Below are positions 41,710-55,700 of a DNA stretch of 64,000 nt, one piece after another. The notes under the pieces are model-generated. The model ran no database searches, was not told the origin of the DNA, and saw only the letters and a program-made list of their open reading frames with translations. Position 1 is the first letter of the stretch. Every line of letters begins with the position of its first letter. Both the position numbers and the translations under genes were made by a program. Origin of the DNA: Takakia lepidozioides (Eukaryota; Plantae; Bryophyta); assembly GCA_030704615.1 (NCBI GenBank), contig CM060734.1, forward strand, positions 42,098,001 to 42,162,000, given 5' to 3'.

Positions 41710-43712
41710 TAAGCCCTTAGAGTTTCCTTAGAGTTCCCTTGGAGTAACCTTTAGAGTTTCAAAAAGGTTGGTTCTATCCTGCAGCTAATGCCTACCCAAA
41801 GAGAGTATAACCAGGGCAAAGTGGAAGCTTTTGAAAAGCAGATTGTGAGTATCTGGGGAGAACCACATCGCCATGAGGCCTCCAGACTCTCCTGCAAGTT
41901 CTCTCCACCCCCATCAGGCTTTGGACAACTTGAGAGTACGTTCTCAGCCTGCAGATTGATTAAGATTCGTCAGGAGAACAAAGACTTCCGGCCAGTTGGT
42001 TGCACTCGTGCCCTGTGCCCAATCTGCCTCCTGTGATATGGTCATTCTGTCTTTCAAATGACGATTCCTTGGCTCTTTTCTACCAGAAGTGCGGAGACAC
42101 TCACCTGCGTGATGCATCTTCCTGTGAAACATTGGAGCACCTTTGATTTGTTGTTTGGGTTTTACAATTTCTAGCAGGTGTTATCTATGTTTTGTCTCAT
42201 AGGCCTGGTACTCTCTCAGTATTAGGCGAACGGACCAAGGAATCTGTGCAAAGAGCTAATGTATGGATCTCTTTGCCCGAGGTAGGTAATGTGGACATTA
42301 TCTCCCCCTCCCCCCACCCTAGAAGTGTTGGGATGAATATCCAAGGTCGGTAAAGTGGTGAGCAGTAGCCCTTCATAGGACCAATCACCATTGAAGGATT
42401 TGTGTACTTGATTGTGCACATCCTCTATATCTGTTGAGCACTCGTGTCGACCTTCCAAATTTCCTCCTGTCACAATAAAACTCCTCCTTTGCTCGAATGT
42501 CTTGTTAACCTGAACCTCAATTTTGGTTGCTGCTTAAACTTTGACATCAATATTAAATCATAAGGGATCAAGTGTTATGTAAATGGTGCTAACTCATGGT
42601 GCACTCTCTTATGCTTCTCTCGTAATCATGCTCACAAAGCTTTAGTGATGCTTCAAGGTAGATGCAGTAATCGAGGACTCACAATCTGCTTACCGGTTCT
42701 GCTCCATCCAGATTTCCTGGAAGCTATCATGGCATCGATTGAACTTCCATATACTTTGCCCCAGACAGAGGAAATATGCACCGGAGTAACCTCCTAACTT
42801 GAGTAACTCTATCAGTGACATGAATGGTCATGTTAAATATGGCTGGCCGATAGCCTCAATGTCATAGCCACATCCAGCAAACTAATCCAGAGAGCTTTCA
42901 CGCATAGAGCACTACAGTGTGGGACTCACAGAAACAATGGCCATGTGCAGATCAGCAACTACTAATTCGATGGTGTGTCGCGCATGCGTGCATTCCAACA
43001 ACAAGGATTATAAAAGAAACGTCGCAGTGCATCGAGGCAAAGGTATAAATTACAGAAGTGTCTTCAGCTAATTCTCGCAACCATCATCATCAGCTACAAC
43101 ATTTGAAGCAGCACAAATTATGACCCCCGTGGTGCTCAGGAGAAGTACTAGGTGTTACAGAGTTTTATTCATGACAAAAAGCCTATGGACACCGGCTCAG
43201 CTGGGCTTTTGTCACCAATTCGGTTTAAGGTGAACTAACAGGGGATTGAACCAATGCACACAATGCATTGACCAACACCTGCCACCGCTACGATGTGCAC
43301 AACATCTAATGGAGGATACCAGTTTGGAATCGCGCGGTTATAATTGTTTTTATAGAAGTTTCTTGGTAATGTGCAAAGCCCCGTGATTCTCCTTGGATGC
43401 TATCAGACTTTGTGTTTGACGAAATTATGGTTGGTTGAGCACCAGAACATCCCAGATGGGGTCTTACCTGCGGATCACGTGCTTGCATGCATGAGCACTG
43501 TTGTCTAACGGCTTTTAACTACTGTTCTGTATCCACTTAGCGTACTGTTCTCTTGTCTCGAAAGGATCTAGCGAAAGGGCACTCGCGCATGGTATCGGGT
43601 TTTGATTGGCTTTCTCCCGTAAGCTCCGGTGGACCAGTTTGCCATTCCGCAGTTTGTGTAGTCTCTTCTTCATCGGTGAGAGAGGCTCGTACTTTGTGCT
43701 CGAGGGTGCAGC

Positions 43713-46700
43713 ATGGCAGACTCGCGCCCTGTCCAGCCGAGGGCTAGAGGTACGAACTTGTTCAGGAAGAATTGTGCGATTTCGCTCTCCTCCTGGAAGG
43801 AGGTTATTATATATCAACTTTAGAGTCGTTTATCTTTTGAAATGTTCGCAGCACTACGTTAATCTTGCTCATGGCATTGCCATCCATCTGTCGTAACCCA
43901 AATGCTTGGGAAATACACCCTCTTCGAGTAAGGTAGACATTCGTATGCTCGTCATTTTTCTAGTCGCCAGTTGTGGAAGGAAGGAAAATCTGAGTGCATC
44001 TAAGAAGTCGCAGCAATAGAGCTGATTTAGTAGGATGTCGAGTTGAGAATGGGTTAAGGTGCAGAAGGTCAAGCGCTGAACCCTGGGACCACTTCATTCG
44101 AGGCTGGTACGTGAATGCCAGTTATTGCTCTTATAGAGATTAGAGAAACTTGGGGGTTCTGCACTTTGTTTCTTCGGTTTCTGTCTAAGCCAATTCATCC
44201 CAGTTGTAACTTTAAAGGGGAGTTTTAGGTTAGGGCATTAAACAGATAGAATGAACCAGGGTGCAATGTATTACATGCCTACCAGGTCGACAGGTTCGCT
44301 CCCTGGTGCCCAGTATCAGTCAGACTGAGGAAGAAGTCAGCGACGCCGGAAACCACGGCGCTGGCATAAGCAAAAAACGGGGATCTTTGGTATGTCACTC
44401 CGGCAAGCTGACATTCGTCCAGCGTTAGAGCTACTACTTTCCAGAATGCGCTCCCTCTCAAGGACCCTTGTCTTTGTATGAAATAGGAAAAAGAAAGAGA
44501 GCCCACAGATGAAAAAGTTTACTGCGTCAGATAGAGTGCCTCAGCTGCTAATTGAGCAACAAAGAGAGGATAGAAGGAATTGTTGTTTGTTATATATATA
44601 TAATGTACTCGTTTGTTTGCCGTAGCCTTGTGGAGAGAGAGAGAGAGAGGAAGTCTTCCCTTTCTTCCCCCACAAAATGAATTAAAGGAAAGGTTGAATG
44701 TAGCACAATACATTTGATATTTCTGCTGTGTAAAGACTGATTCCTCTAGTCTGTTGTGTGTTGGGAAACAGCAATAGAGCTGAAATTACTGCTATGTGTG
44801 GTAGATTGAAGCTGTCTTTTGGGTGTCTTTTGCACAATGTTGATGCAGGCTTTACTGGATTATGACAGTGTTCTAGATCCGAGGGTTATGGTCCCATACG
44901 AGACAAAAGTTGGTGATGTCCTGCGGAGAGTCGCAATTCTAAGGTTCAGAGCTATTTCCTTTTCTACAGGGGAAAGTTGCACTGTTAGTTGCTTTGTGCT
45001 GTACAGACTATATTTTCTGGTTGGGTGGCCTGAGTTTGTTGCAGCTGCTTTAAGGTATGTCACAGTACTGTAATTGTGTGGTGTTGAAAACAAGTACAGG
45101 AAGAAAAGGTTATATGCAAGACAAGACATTGCTGAGCTGTTGAGGAAAGAGGCGTTAATCCCTGAGGACATTGTGATGGATGGAAGAAAGGGGAAGCTTC
45201 CGCTCTACCTGTTTGACAATGAAGATTATGAGACGGCTGCCCCCTCACAGTGGTATTTGTTCTCTTGTGGATAACATGGAACTGAGTGTGTGTGAAGTGA
45301 TGGGATAAAGGCTATACACAGTCTTAAGGATCCCCCTTTCTTTCTTAGGACGTTATAAAGCACCATTTCATTTCATTTCTTTAAACTAATCAAACTTACC
45401 CATAGTTAAGATCATTTGATACATTTTGACCGCAAATCGGGTGTTATAACTTCCTTTGGAGGATGTGGAAGGTTTGCTGCAATGACTTATAGGGACATGA
45501 GGCAAAGTAATCTTGGCTAGTGTTTGGACCCTTTAGTTTTACTTTTCGAATAAAGGAAAGTATGGCCTATGATAGCCAGGGTAGTCCCAGTTTTCAACAT
45601 ATCCTCAGAGTTGACATTACCTCCGTTATCTGTCCTTTATCAGGGTTGACAAGGTTACCAAGGTTCCTGCGCAAGCATCCTTTTTAAATTTTGAGGGTAC
45701 AACTGGATGGAAGCCATGCATCGTTTTTGACTACCTTGAAGAAAGCAACACATATTTGGTGCAATGGGATGACACTGGGCAGACTGAGTGGTTACCAAGG
45801 CAATTTTCTTGCATCTCTCACACTTCTTGCTATTCGTTCCAATCTGAGTTTGTGCATGCAGTTCTCAAGTCACTTGATGCAATTGTGGAGGAATGTGTGT
45901 GTCTGTTATCATGTACCAAACCTAATATTCTTTAAAGTCAAGAGGTGTCGGCGGTTGGTAATTAAGCACAGGTGTGAGACTGAGGACATGGTTCAATGAG
46001 ATGATCAAAGGGTGCAGGATCCAGGTACACTTTCAAGCAGAAGATCCTTTCGTGTTTGTGAAGCGAGTTGCTGATGCTGTCTCGGCCCGTATTCAGGCGG
46101 AAAGTATTGTGGTACACATTTTCTCTCCGTCTTGTTTTGAGTCAGACTCTCCTGTCCACTGCTGGCATGTGTGACAAGCTCTTGCATGTTTACACTGTGA
46201 CTTGGAACAGTGGGTTTACAAATTTGCAATCATGTGCAAGTTAATATATTAAGTAGGACTTTTGGTATGCAGCTGTATACTACCATTCACTCCAACATTT
46301 TGAGAGTCAATATAACCTTGTCATGAAGGTTGCATCGCACAGGGTTGATTGTCAAGACCCATGTGATGATGTAGCTTTACACCTTTTAAGTACCATCTAT
46401 TCGTCAGTCTATTCCTGCCCTTCTAAGTGCAAGTGCTGATGGTCCAAGATCCTCACACTGACCTCATATTGAGCAGCCAGTTAGCGATACAGGGTTTAAT
46501 ATCAGGAGCACGGAGTACTCCTTGGCTCATGAGGCTGAATTAGACAGTTGCGCTTCTAAATTGCAATTAATTTTACTATGGCTGCTTGTGAGTTGAGCTG
46601 TGATCTTTCCTTTCCTCGCAGGAATACAACCACTATGTTGAGTATATGCCAATAGATGATATTCCACTTCTTACTGTAGAACAAGAATCTCGGATCAGGA

Positions 46701-49700
46701 GTCTAACTTTCAACACAAAAGCCACAAAAGAGAGGAACCAGGATGTTACGCAGTTGTTGAGTGAAGCGAACCTGGAATATGCCCACATGATGAACAAGAT
46801 TCTATTTGATGATGGCCAACTCCCATGAGAGAGTTTCTGGTGAATTTAGACATGCCAACCCCGGCATCAAAAGAGAAGGAATTTGTCCCACGGTATATTT
46901 TTGATATGACTCTAGTTTTCTCCGGACTGTGTGTGCTTCACCTGTATTACTATACACCTTGAGTTGTTTCTTTATTCAATCTTTGTTCTTGATGTACATA
47001 AGTATTCTCAAGCGTCTCGAAAAAGTCAGATGGTTTATTAGAACAGGTGAAACTAGAGACCATCCACTGAAGAGAAGGATAAGAAAAGTTTGTCCACTAG
47101 AAACCCGAGGATGTAAAGACGAGATATAGGAACTGTAGAAAAGAATTTGCTCATAAGAGGTTGTTTACCTTTAGCCTTGTGTCCATAGGACCCGCTCCCA
47201 GTTTGGGCGGAACAAGTGGGAACAGTCACTATGTCTGTGAGGGGCTCGCTCCACCAGTGGGACTTACCTTGATATCAACAATTGGTTTGGACTTCCAGAT
47301 TTCCTCTAGAAAGCCCTTCACACAATCATCAATCTGTGATCTGCCCAGTAGTTATCTCCCAACAGGGCCAGGGCTTTAGGTTCATCCACTAGATAGTGTA
47401 GAGAAAACTTGTACTCATAACTCTTTGTTTGCCGTAGCATAGATACTGTAGGAAAAGAAAAAGAGAGAAAGAGAGCAATATTTTTACATGTCCACAGGAG
47501 GCCCAATAGACACATGTAGAACCACACAGTAGAAACCACAGTGTGACTGAGGAAGAAACAAAGCAGGAAAAGAAGAGAAACTGCGTTTGCACGAGGCCAG
47601 GAGAAATGAAATGAAATGAAATGGTGCTTTATAACGTCCGCGGAAAGCTCGTAGAGCTTATGGGACAAAATGGAAGAAAACATGAGAGAGGAACAAATCC
47701 AGAAACCACAATTAATGTTCTAGCGATTGTCTAAGGGTGAAGGCCTCGTGTAGGTAGGCTGCCACGCATTTTTGATCCTCGTAGTGAAAGACATCAGTGA
47801 GAGTTTGGGTTCCACTGAATAAACAGTGAAATCTCCCACGGATCTCGTAGTATAGAGGGCAGTAGAAGAAGAAGTGTTCTTCAGTTTCAATTTCCTTGCT
47901 GCGCCCTATGCAAGCTGGACATAGGCGGTCCTCCCGTTGCAGGTTTTCCCATCTGCCAGTCTCTATCCGTAGGTTGTGGGAACCCACCCTGAACCGCCCC
48001 AATGCCCTCAAGAGGGAAGGAGATAAGGGTGCTGAAAGGTAATTTGGTCTCAAGATTCTATCATCGCGGAGCACCAAGAATGTCTCTCGATAGAAGTGGA
48101 GCTTTGTCGTGAGATTGGGTAGCATCCAAGTTCTCTTGACATGTAATTCCATAAGCTCTCTCCGAATGAGTCTGTTGCGGTCATGTCTGGATGTGATGTC
48201 CACCTCATCTGGGTTCATTGGTAATAGGAAAGCAGTAGAAAGTCCGTTACGTTGAAATAAACTGTCCACTCGAGCATACCAGGAGTTCCTGAAACCTGCA
48301 GCTTTGAGCCTCATAGATGTTGTGAGGGCCCTTGCCACTAGCCCTTTGGGTGGAAGGGCCTGCAATCTATGGAGAAAGATTGTAAGCCTGAAGAGGGCCT
48401 CGGATTGCAATGGTACACATGCGAACTCTGCACCTAGGATCTGAGATGGAGTTGTGCTCCTGGCGCCAAGCATTGCTTGGAGAAAAGATGACTGTAATGG
48501 TTCCAAATTCTTTTCCCACCAGGAGACAGGGACACCAGGTGCCCAGAACTCACAACCATAGATGGTAGCAGGGCTGACGACGGTGTCAAACAGCCACTTT
48601 TTGGTCGGGGGATGCCGCAGATGTATTTGCCTGCATTTGGCCTGAAGGCTGACGGAGGCCGCCTTACCTTTAGTCAACCTGTCCAAGGCAGTGGCTGCAA
48701 AGTGAAACTTGGGGGGGTGGATAACCAGACCTAGGTACCGGTATGATTTCACAATCTCAATTTCCTGCTGGTTGAAGATGAATCTACGATCAGCCTGGCC
48801 ATTGAAGACCATGATCTTGGTCTTGCTAAGATTGACCTGCATCCCATAGTCTTTGCAGAACTGTTCCAAAATTTTGAGATGGCGTTGCAGAAAGACCGGG
48901 GAGAGAGAGAGAGGATGTCTGTCATGCAGGTAGAAAGAATGAAGAAACCACTATTACAATAAGTTTCTCCAGTCTGACACATGTGGCTGTATCTGCACCT
49001 CAGTCAAGAAAGAGAGAGAGATGGAGATTGTGTACTACTTAATTTGCTTTTCTTGGGAGATGAAAGAACTACCCTTTGACACCATATCTAACGTTTGAGC
49101 ACTGTTGGTTTTTCCCTTTCAGATCTGGCACAGTAACTATTCCCGAATATGACTATGAAGAGCAGGCAAGTGAGTTCTCTTTTACGTCCTGTCTCACAAG
49201 GCCAGAGGTTATCATCGCCACTTCCAAACTGAAAGCTGAGTGTGACAAAGTGTTGAAATTGGCAATTTTGAACTGTCTCTTCACAAAGAGTCTGCGGTTT
49301 GAGCAAATGCAAACCCAATCCTCTGAAACTGCTGCATCACATTTGAAAGAAAGGTGGATGTTACTAATGCACTTTCTCTATATTCCTAGGTGTGAAGGGA
49401 TTTCTAGAGGATATCTGGAAAACCCGGATTAATTCTTTATATGGAGGTAAGTCTTACTACCAACATCAGCCCCTGACAGAGGTAGGTTCTGTCCCTTTTG
49501 TTCCCGCTCAAACTGGGCGCGGGGTCAATGGCCACAAAGCTACGGCAAACAACGTCTTATGAGTACAATCTATATTCCTAGGTGAGTCATACTACCGGCG
49601 TCAGCCCCTGACAAAGGTGGTTTTTGTCCCTTTGTGTTCCGCTCAAACTGGGCGCAGGGTCAATGGCCACAAGGCTACAGCAAACAACGTTATATGAGGA

Positions 49701-52700
49701 CATTCTATATTCCCAGCTATGGAAAAGTGTTATGAGTACATTCTATGCTCCAGCTCTCTGCCCTCCTGCACACAACCCAGGGGTCGAGTTTTCATGCGGA
49801 CAAGTGCCTCTGTGAGCGCCTTAATGGCAGTTGCGGGAAAATAAGCTTATATGTGCAGCTGAGCTGCAGGGATAAGCTAAACCCTGGAGGGTGCAAACCT
49901 CACAAAAGGCTCCGGGAGGGTTAGATTCCCGCGGGGTCAATGGCCGTAAGGCTTTGGCAAGCCAATGTACGCAGGGAACGAAGTACATTCTATATTCCCA
50001 GCTCTTAGCCGTTGGTCCCCCTTTAACCATTGACATTGCTTAAGGTAGGGTGTTGGGTGTGTAACTTGGATGTTAGGCCACTTCTTAGCAAGTCAACATT
50101 CTGGGTCTAGTGGACCTTGAAGGTTTGCGACTGAGAAAGAAGGCTTTGTGGACCCTGGACAAATCTCCAGAAGGGATGGTTGATGCTTGTGCTTCTTTTT
50201 TTGCAACTGCCCCCCAGTGTTGGCCTTATTGCTTGTGCTTCAATCTATTCTTGAAGCTTCATATCGTGTTTTCCGAAGGTTTCTTTTTTGGCCATTGGAA
50301 GGGCGGTAGCCTCTTCTTTTGCGTTGTTGGTTGTTGCTGTTTCTGGGTCTCCTCAACTTTGCTGCTGTATGATGTGAAAAAATGTTATTCTGCAGTTTGA
50401 TATGTGGGGTAAGTCCCCTTTCCTCTGAATATCTGAAAAGAAAAGGAGGGAAGGGCTGTTTTTCCTTTCCTTGCAGAAACCAAATATGCGAGAGAGTGTT
50501 TATGGTGTGGATTTGTTTTGTAGTGCTAATTTTACATGGAATGTTATCCACACAGCTGGACACTGCTGATGAAGTACGTACTAAAGTCATCCTTCAAGGA
50601 TGCAGGGAAGGGGTGGTTCAACACAAGCGAAGCAAGTTTGGATGCTTACAAGTGCAGCAAGATGAAACGATTTTTACGGATGGTGAAGTATATGATGGAA
50701 GATTCATTGCGTCTATTGACTGAGGAAATGGTGGAGAAGTATACGGTGTTTATTGAAAGGCACTGTGGTGCTCCACAAGTAGAGGTTATTGACCCCATCA
50801 AAGTCACCTGTGAATGGCCCATAAATGATTTTTCTGCGGTACGTCTTCAAATACAACCTTCTTAGTTGTGTCTATATCAGTATGTTTCCATGTCTTGGTG
50901 CATTGTTGTCTTAGGACTCCTAGTTTGTATTGAGCTTGTGTTCCAGCTCCCATTGAGTGTACAGTGGCATGGACCTCTTCAGGCCTTTCGTATCGGCTCT
51001 TTTCTTTCAAGGTGGTTGGCTTTGCAACTGTTCTTTGGTGATGCTACAATAATGATTGACATTCTTCTTGCCAAGCTAGGTGCTAAAGTACGAAAATTAG
51101 GAGAAGAAGAGATACTGTTGCCAACCTCTCTCATATTGTCGGTTTTCTGTTGATGCTTTCAATGTTGTGTGCGTGTGACAGATGATCAAGAAGCCACCGC
51201 TATTTTCTTTGGAGATTGTGATTGGGGAAGGTGGAGTATTTGAGTACAACACGGTAATTAAAAGGTTTGAGGAAGTCACAACAAAAGCAGTTGATAACTG
51301 CATCACATGTCTCCAATCGGTTCCGGAGCTGGAGGCCCTCATCATGGGAAATCTGAGATGGAGCAAAAATCAAAACATCTCATCAGTTCAACTGCAAGAA
51401 CCACTCATTTGCACACTGAAGGCTCGTGTGCAGGTTCTCTTTCACTCATGCTCTCTCTCTGGAAATGCTTAGCATGTTACCTGACGTGGCACTCCACCGT
51501 CATGCAACTCTTAACGTTTCAGTTGCTCTTTAGTTGCTTTGGTTCTCTGTGAGTCTGTGTCATTCTGCTTGTTCTTTGAAAGTTCTTCTTCACCGTGTAT
51601 GTTGCTTCCTCATTGTATCTTTGGTTACCTCCAAAACATGAGTTCTGAGTTACTAGGGTGTCTCATTGATTTTCCATTTACTCATTTCCCTTGCACCCTT
51701 TGCACCTGCAGTTTGAATCAAAGCAGTTGGTCTAAAGACCTGTTGCTATGCTAGGGTCGCCAAGCACTGCTTGTGTATTGCATCCCTACTGTGACAAAAC
51801 CGAGAAGGTTGGAAATTTTTCCAAACATGACCGCAACAATATAGGACAGGAGCTGATCTAACTTCTTCATATTTAGTGGACATGGAAACCACAAAATCTT
51901 ACAACAAAACTGCACATCTGCCATGACACTGTCCTGGTCCTACATGATGGTAGAATCTTACAGCCCGACTACTTGTCAGTCAACCCTATGTCCAGCTTTT
52001 CTATGGGCATTGGGAAGGTTCAGGGTGGGCCACATGGCCTGCAGATAGAGACTGGTAGATATGACAACCTGTAGCCTGCTGACCTGCTTGCACTAGAGAT
52101 GACAGATAGAGTATTGATCCATCGTTCATGTTACTGTCTATGCTGGGACAGTCAATCCCTTGCTGAGGTTTTTCTCTTTGAGGACCCAAAATGCTTGGCA
52201 GCATCTACATGAGCCTCTCCACGTTCGAGAATATTTTGATTTCAATATGCAGTTGTTTTGAGCTGTTTGTTGTGGGCCACATTTTTTCTTGTATCATGGT
52301 TTGTTTTAACCCAAAAGCTCTTTGAGCTTTTCACGGGCATTATAAAGTGCCTTTTCATTTCCTTTATCAGATGTATTCAGTTATGAAGACCTGAAGTGTA
52401 TATCTGCACAAGGCACTGTCATATTCCTTCTTTCCTTTGCGTTTGAAGCATATGTGGGCCTTGGAGTTTAATTCAGCCACCATGTTTCCTTGGGTGGTTG
52501 ACTACTAGTTGGGCTTTATTCTCTGGTGCTACTTTCCTCTCGCGGAGAGGATGTCACACAATTTTTGAGCGATATTTTGTAGCAGCAGTAGATGGTCCTA
52601 ACTGTGCCTGTATATCTTTTGCTGATTTTTGGCTGGGCAATATGGAGAAGGTGAGAGCTATGATCAGAATGCATCGAGAAATGTGAAAAAGCTGTATGTT

Positions 52701-55700
52701 GGGATGTGTAGGTTGCAATGAGAAAGGCAATGGCAACAGCAAAGCTATACCTGGAGCTGTTCACTACATTCGAAGATTTTATCAAGGTGGATTTGACAGA
52801 ATACAAGGCTGGCTTAGAGGCTCGTAAAGCAACACTCAAGGACCTGGTTACAGAGGGTCACATCCACAAATGTGACACAGATCTTTTGGATAAGAGGTTT
52901 GCAGTCTTACCGATTCCCTGATATTCCATAAACCAGTTGTATTCTCATATTGTACATGAAGTCATTCAAGTTGGCCCTTGACATTCTCACACAGCTAAAA
53001 CCAGGATATGCTTATGGTAATCAGGAACTTGCAGTTATTTGATTTAAGAAACTGGACTCTTTTTTACTTCAACCCATGTAGAAAATCGCCTCAAGGAAAG
53101 GCCTGGCCCCATTCCTGATTAGTATGGAGGAGGTTTAGTGTGGTAAGGTTTCTCTTCAGAAACCTCCTAGTCCAATTTCCAGAAGATGTATCATTGACAT
53201 TGCCTTTACTTTTTCTATCCAAGCAACTTAGGCAAACTGGTTTGTCGTTGACAGATCATCTCCTTTTGTGTTGGTACAGTGAATACATCTGTTTGTTGGT
53301 GCAGCATCCCAAACTTGATTTCATTTGGCTGCTTTCAAGTCACGTGCAAGAAGATCCGGACATATTTGCTGACCAAAAAGCAGCAGTTGACTGATATAGG
53401 TACGTTGTACTTCTCAGCACATATAGTGAGACCACCGAGGCCTAGAGCTGCTGAACCAGTTACGAATTCAACTAGACTGCTCTCATCTTTCGTCTTCCCA
53501 AATCAGAGCGTAAGTCATATCTTGGTTTTGGAATGTTTATTTTGGTCCCAGGACATTAAACTGGCTGCATCATCTGCCCCTCCCGTAGGGATCCTTCTGT
53601 GATCGTAGTGAAACAGGGTGCAGTTTGAAGTGCCCTCTAGATCAATCCATGGAGATAAGAAGGTAGCGTCACTAGTGGAGAAGGCTCCTTCCAGGACGAT
53701 GGCGCCCCTCTACCGGTCTCCTCCTCTGCCTCCTTTGTGACCCTTTTCTGCTGTCTCCAAGTCATGAGATTTGAATCCTCTACCAGACCTACAGCCGTCT
53801 AAGGACTTCAAATATTCTGAATAGTCCCCTTGCAGTTTTTAGCATTATATCAACCACGCCAAAGCTTGAAGGCAAAGATATAGGGATGCTGAGAATGAGC
53901 GCTATCATCCCAGGTTTGGTCACGGTTGAACTGCGCAGTTCTTGTCTAATCTAAGTTCAGTACACGTTGTTCCCCGGTTATAGTGGCTCATAGTGTTCCA
54001 ATGCCCTGTAATTCTGGGCTTCGCTCCATTCCTGTCTGTGTCCTGGATTTTGCAAAGATTTATCTCTTCAAGGTGATTTGCACTGGCCTTGTTTATTCTG
54101 GCCCAGTTTCTTGCAGATTGTTTTGTGGCTCGCCATGAAAACACCATTCAGGAGACTAGAGAGGGAAATGAAATGAAATGAAATGGTGCTTTATAACGTC
54201 CGCGGAAAGCTCATAGAGCTTATGGGACAAAATGGACAGGAAACCAGAGTCAAAGATAAGAATATAAGAGGGAGAGATTTACAAATCCACGAACTTAGAA
54301 AGGGTCGAAGTGTCCTGCTGTGGAACCAGTGGGTATTCACAATCACCTCTCAGACTGGAGCCCCCTATGTTAAAGAAAATGTTCGTCCTTGGGAGACACT
54401 GTCTCCCTGGGGATTCCCTGCGGCACCAGGCCTCTAAGCTTCACGGCATGGAGTGCCAGGGCTAGGTAGACCCTTCAGAGGTCCTCATCCATGTCACAAA
54501 CTGGAAATAAGTTCAGGATGTGCATAATTTCATCTTGTTCAGGCTTTCTTTGTGCTTTTGGCATCGCCTTAGACACTTCAGCCTCCAAGCCAGCTTCATG
54601 TAGCAGGTCAGTTCTTCCTGCTTGATATTTAGGTACTTGAAAAATCTCCTCTACCTTTTCCACCAGGACTTGGCCTGTTTAACAGGATGGTCTTGCTTCC
54701 AAGAAATAGAGTCAATCTTCTTTGGGTATCTGGTATTAGGCACACGATTCAACTGACCCTACCATCTGACCTTGAACTGGCACGTCGAGAGCTGAAGGGC
54801 GGTATGCCAAACTTGTCCAAACAGCCACGTTAGCTGTTCTAGAGCATGCTGATATGCTCTCTTTGTGCACCAAAAGCTGAATGAATTCTAAAGTTTTAGC
54901 ATGGTTGGAGTTGCCAATCTACACGGGGGATGTGTAGTCCAAGGTTGGCCTAATAATGTATGATGGTCATTTTAACTTCAGGATTAATCCCATGGCAGTA
55001 GAAATTTTGTATAGGCGCATCCCAGTTACAACTGGAGGAAAACTCAACTCCAAGATATGTGGTAGGACAGGAGCACAGGAATCTCTTCAGCCCCATGTTC
55101 ATTTGAGCTTCAGCGATTTCAGGAGAACTGATTGGCACGTTGTATCCCTCCTTGATATACTCCAGTTCATCAGGGCTGTCTTGGATCGTAGGAACAGTTC
55201 TTTCTACTGTATGCCAGCATTCTTTAGAAAACCCCTCACTATCAGAGCTACATTCACGGCCAAGAAGGCTGCTGTGCACTTCAAAGGTTGTCAGAATGTC
55301 AACCATAGAAGTCACCACTGCACTGCTGTTAGGAGTTAAAGCGTGTACTTGCTGGCCTTGTTTTGGTCTCTTCAAACTCTGTACGGCCAACCAGAATCGT
55401 TTATCATTGCCACTGGGGTGGTTCAAGTTAATGTCACGGTACAACACTTCTTAATACATTTTCTTCTGAGTGTTTACTAGGTTATTTACGTCTTTTTTGT
55501 GGCTAGTTATATCTTGCCCACAGCTCACTGTCATCTTTAGGAGTCCCTTGAAAGCGCCTCTCTCGGCGAGTGAGCTTATTGGTCAACCTATTCCTAGTTT
55601 CCTTCCTACGATCTTATGAGCCACAGAAGTGAGGAAACTCTCCCAAGAGTCCACAGTGCTTTTGACCTCGCTTCTTGCATCACCCAAGCAAGAGGGGAGA

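Noticed and set aside
41710-41760. Short 11-12 bp tandem repeat (CCTTAGAGTTT-like) as a CRISPR or telomeric array
   Set aside because: Only about 4 degenerate units, no spacers and not TTTAGGG; eukaryotic context.
41788-42960. Short ORFs between the MITEs and DNAH1
   Set aside because: No recognisable motifs or consistent splice structure; cannot be supported without a search.
49757-49997. Bona fide telomerase RNA gene, group I intron or twister ribozyme
   Set aside because: No upstream USE/TATA or poly-T terminator, no group I R/S (P7) elements and no twister P4 loop. It is embedded in a LINE stack, so it is kept only as an unexplained structured element.
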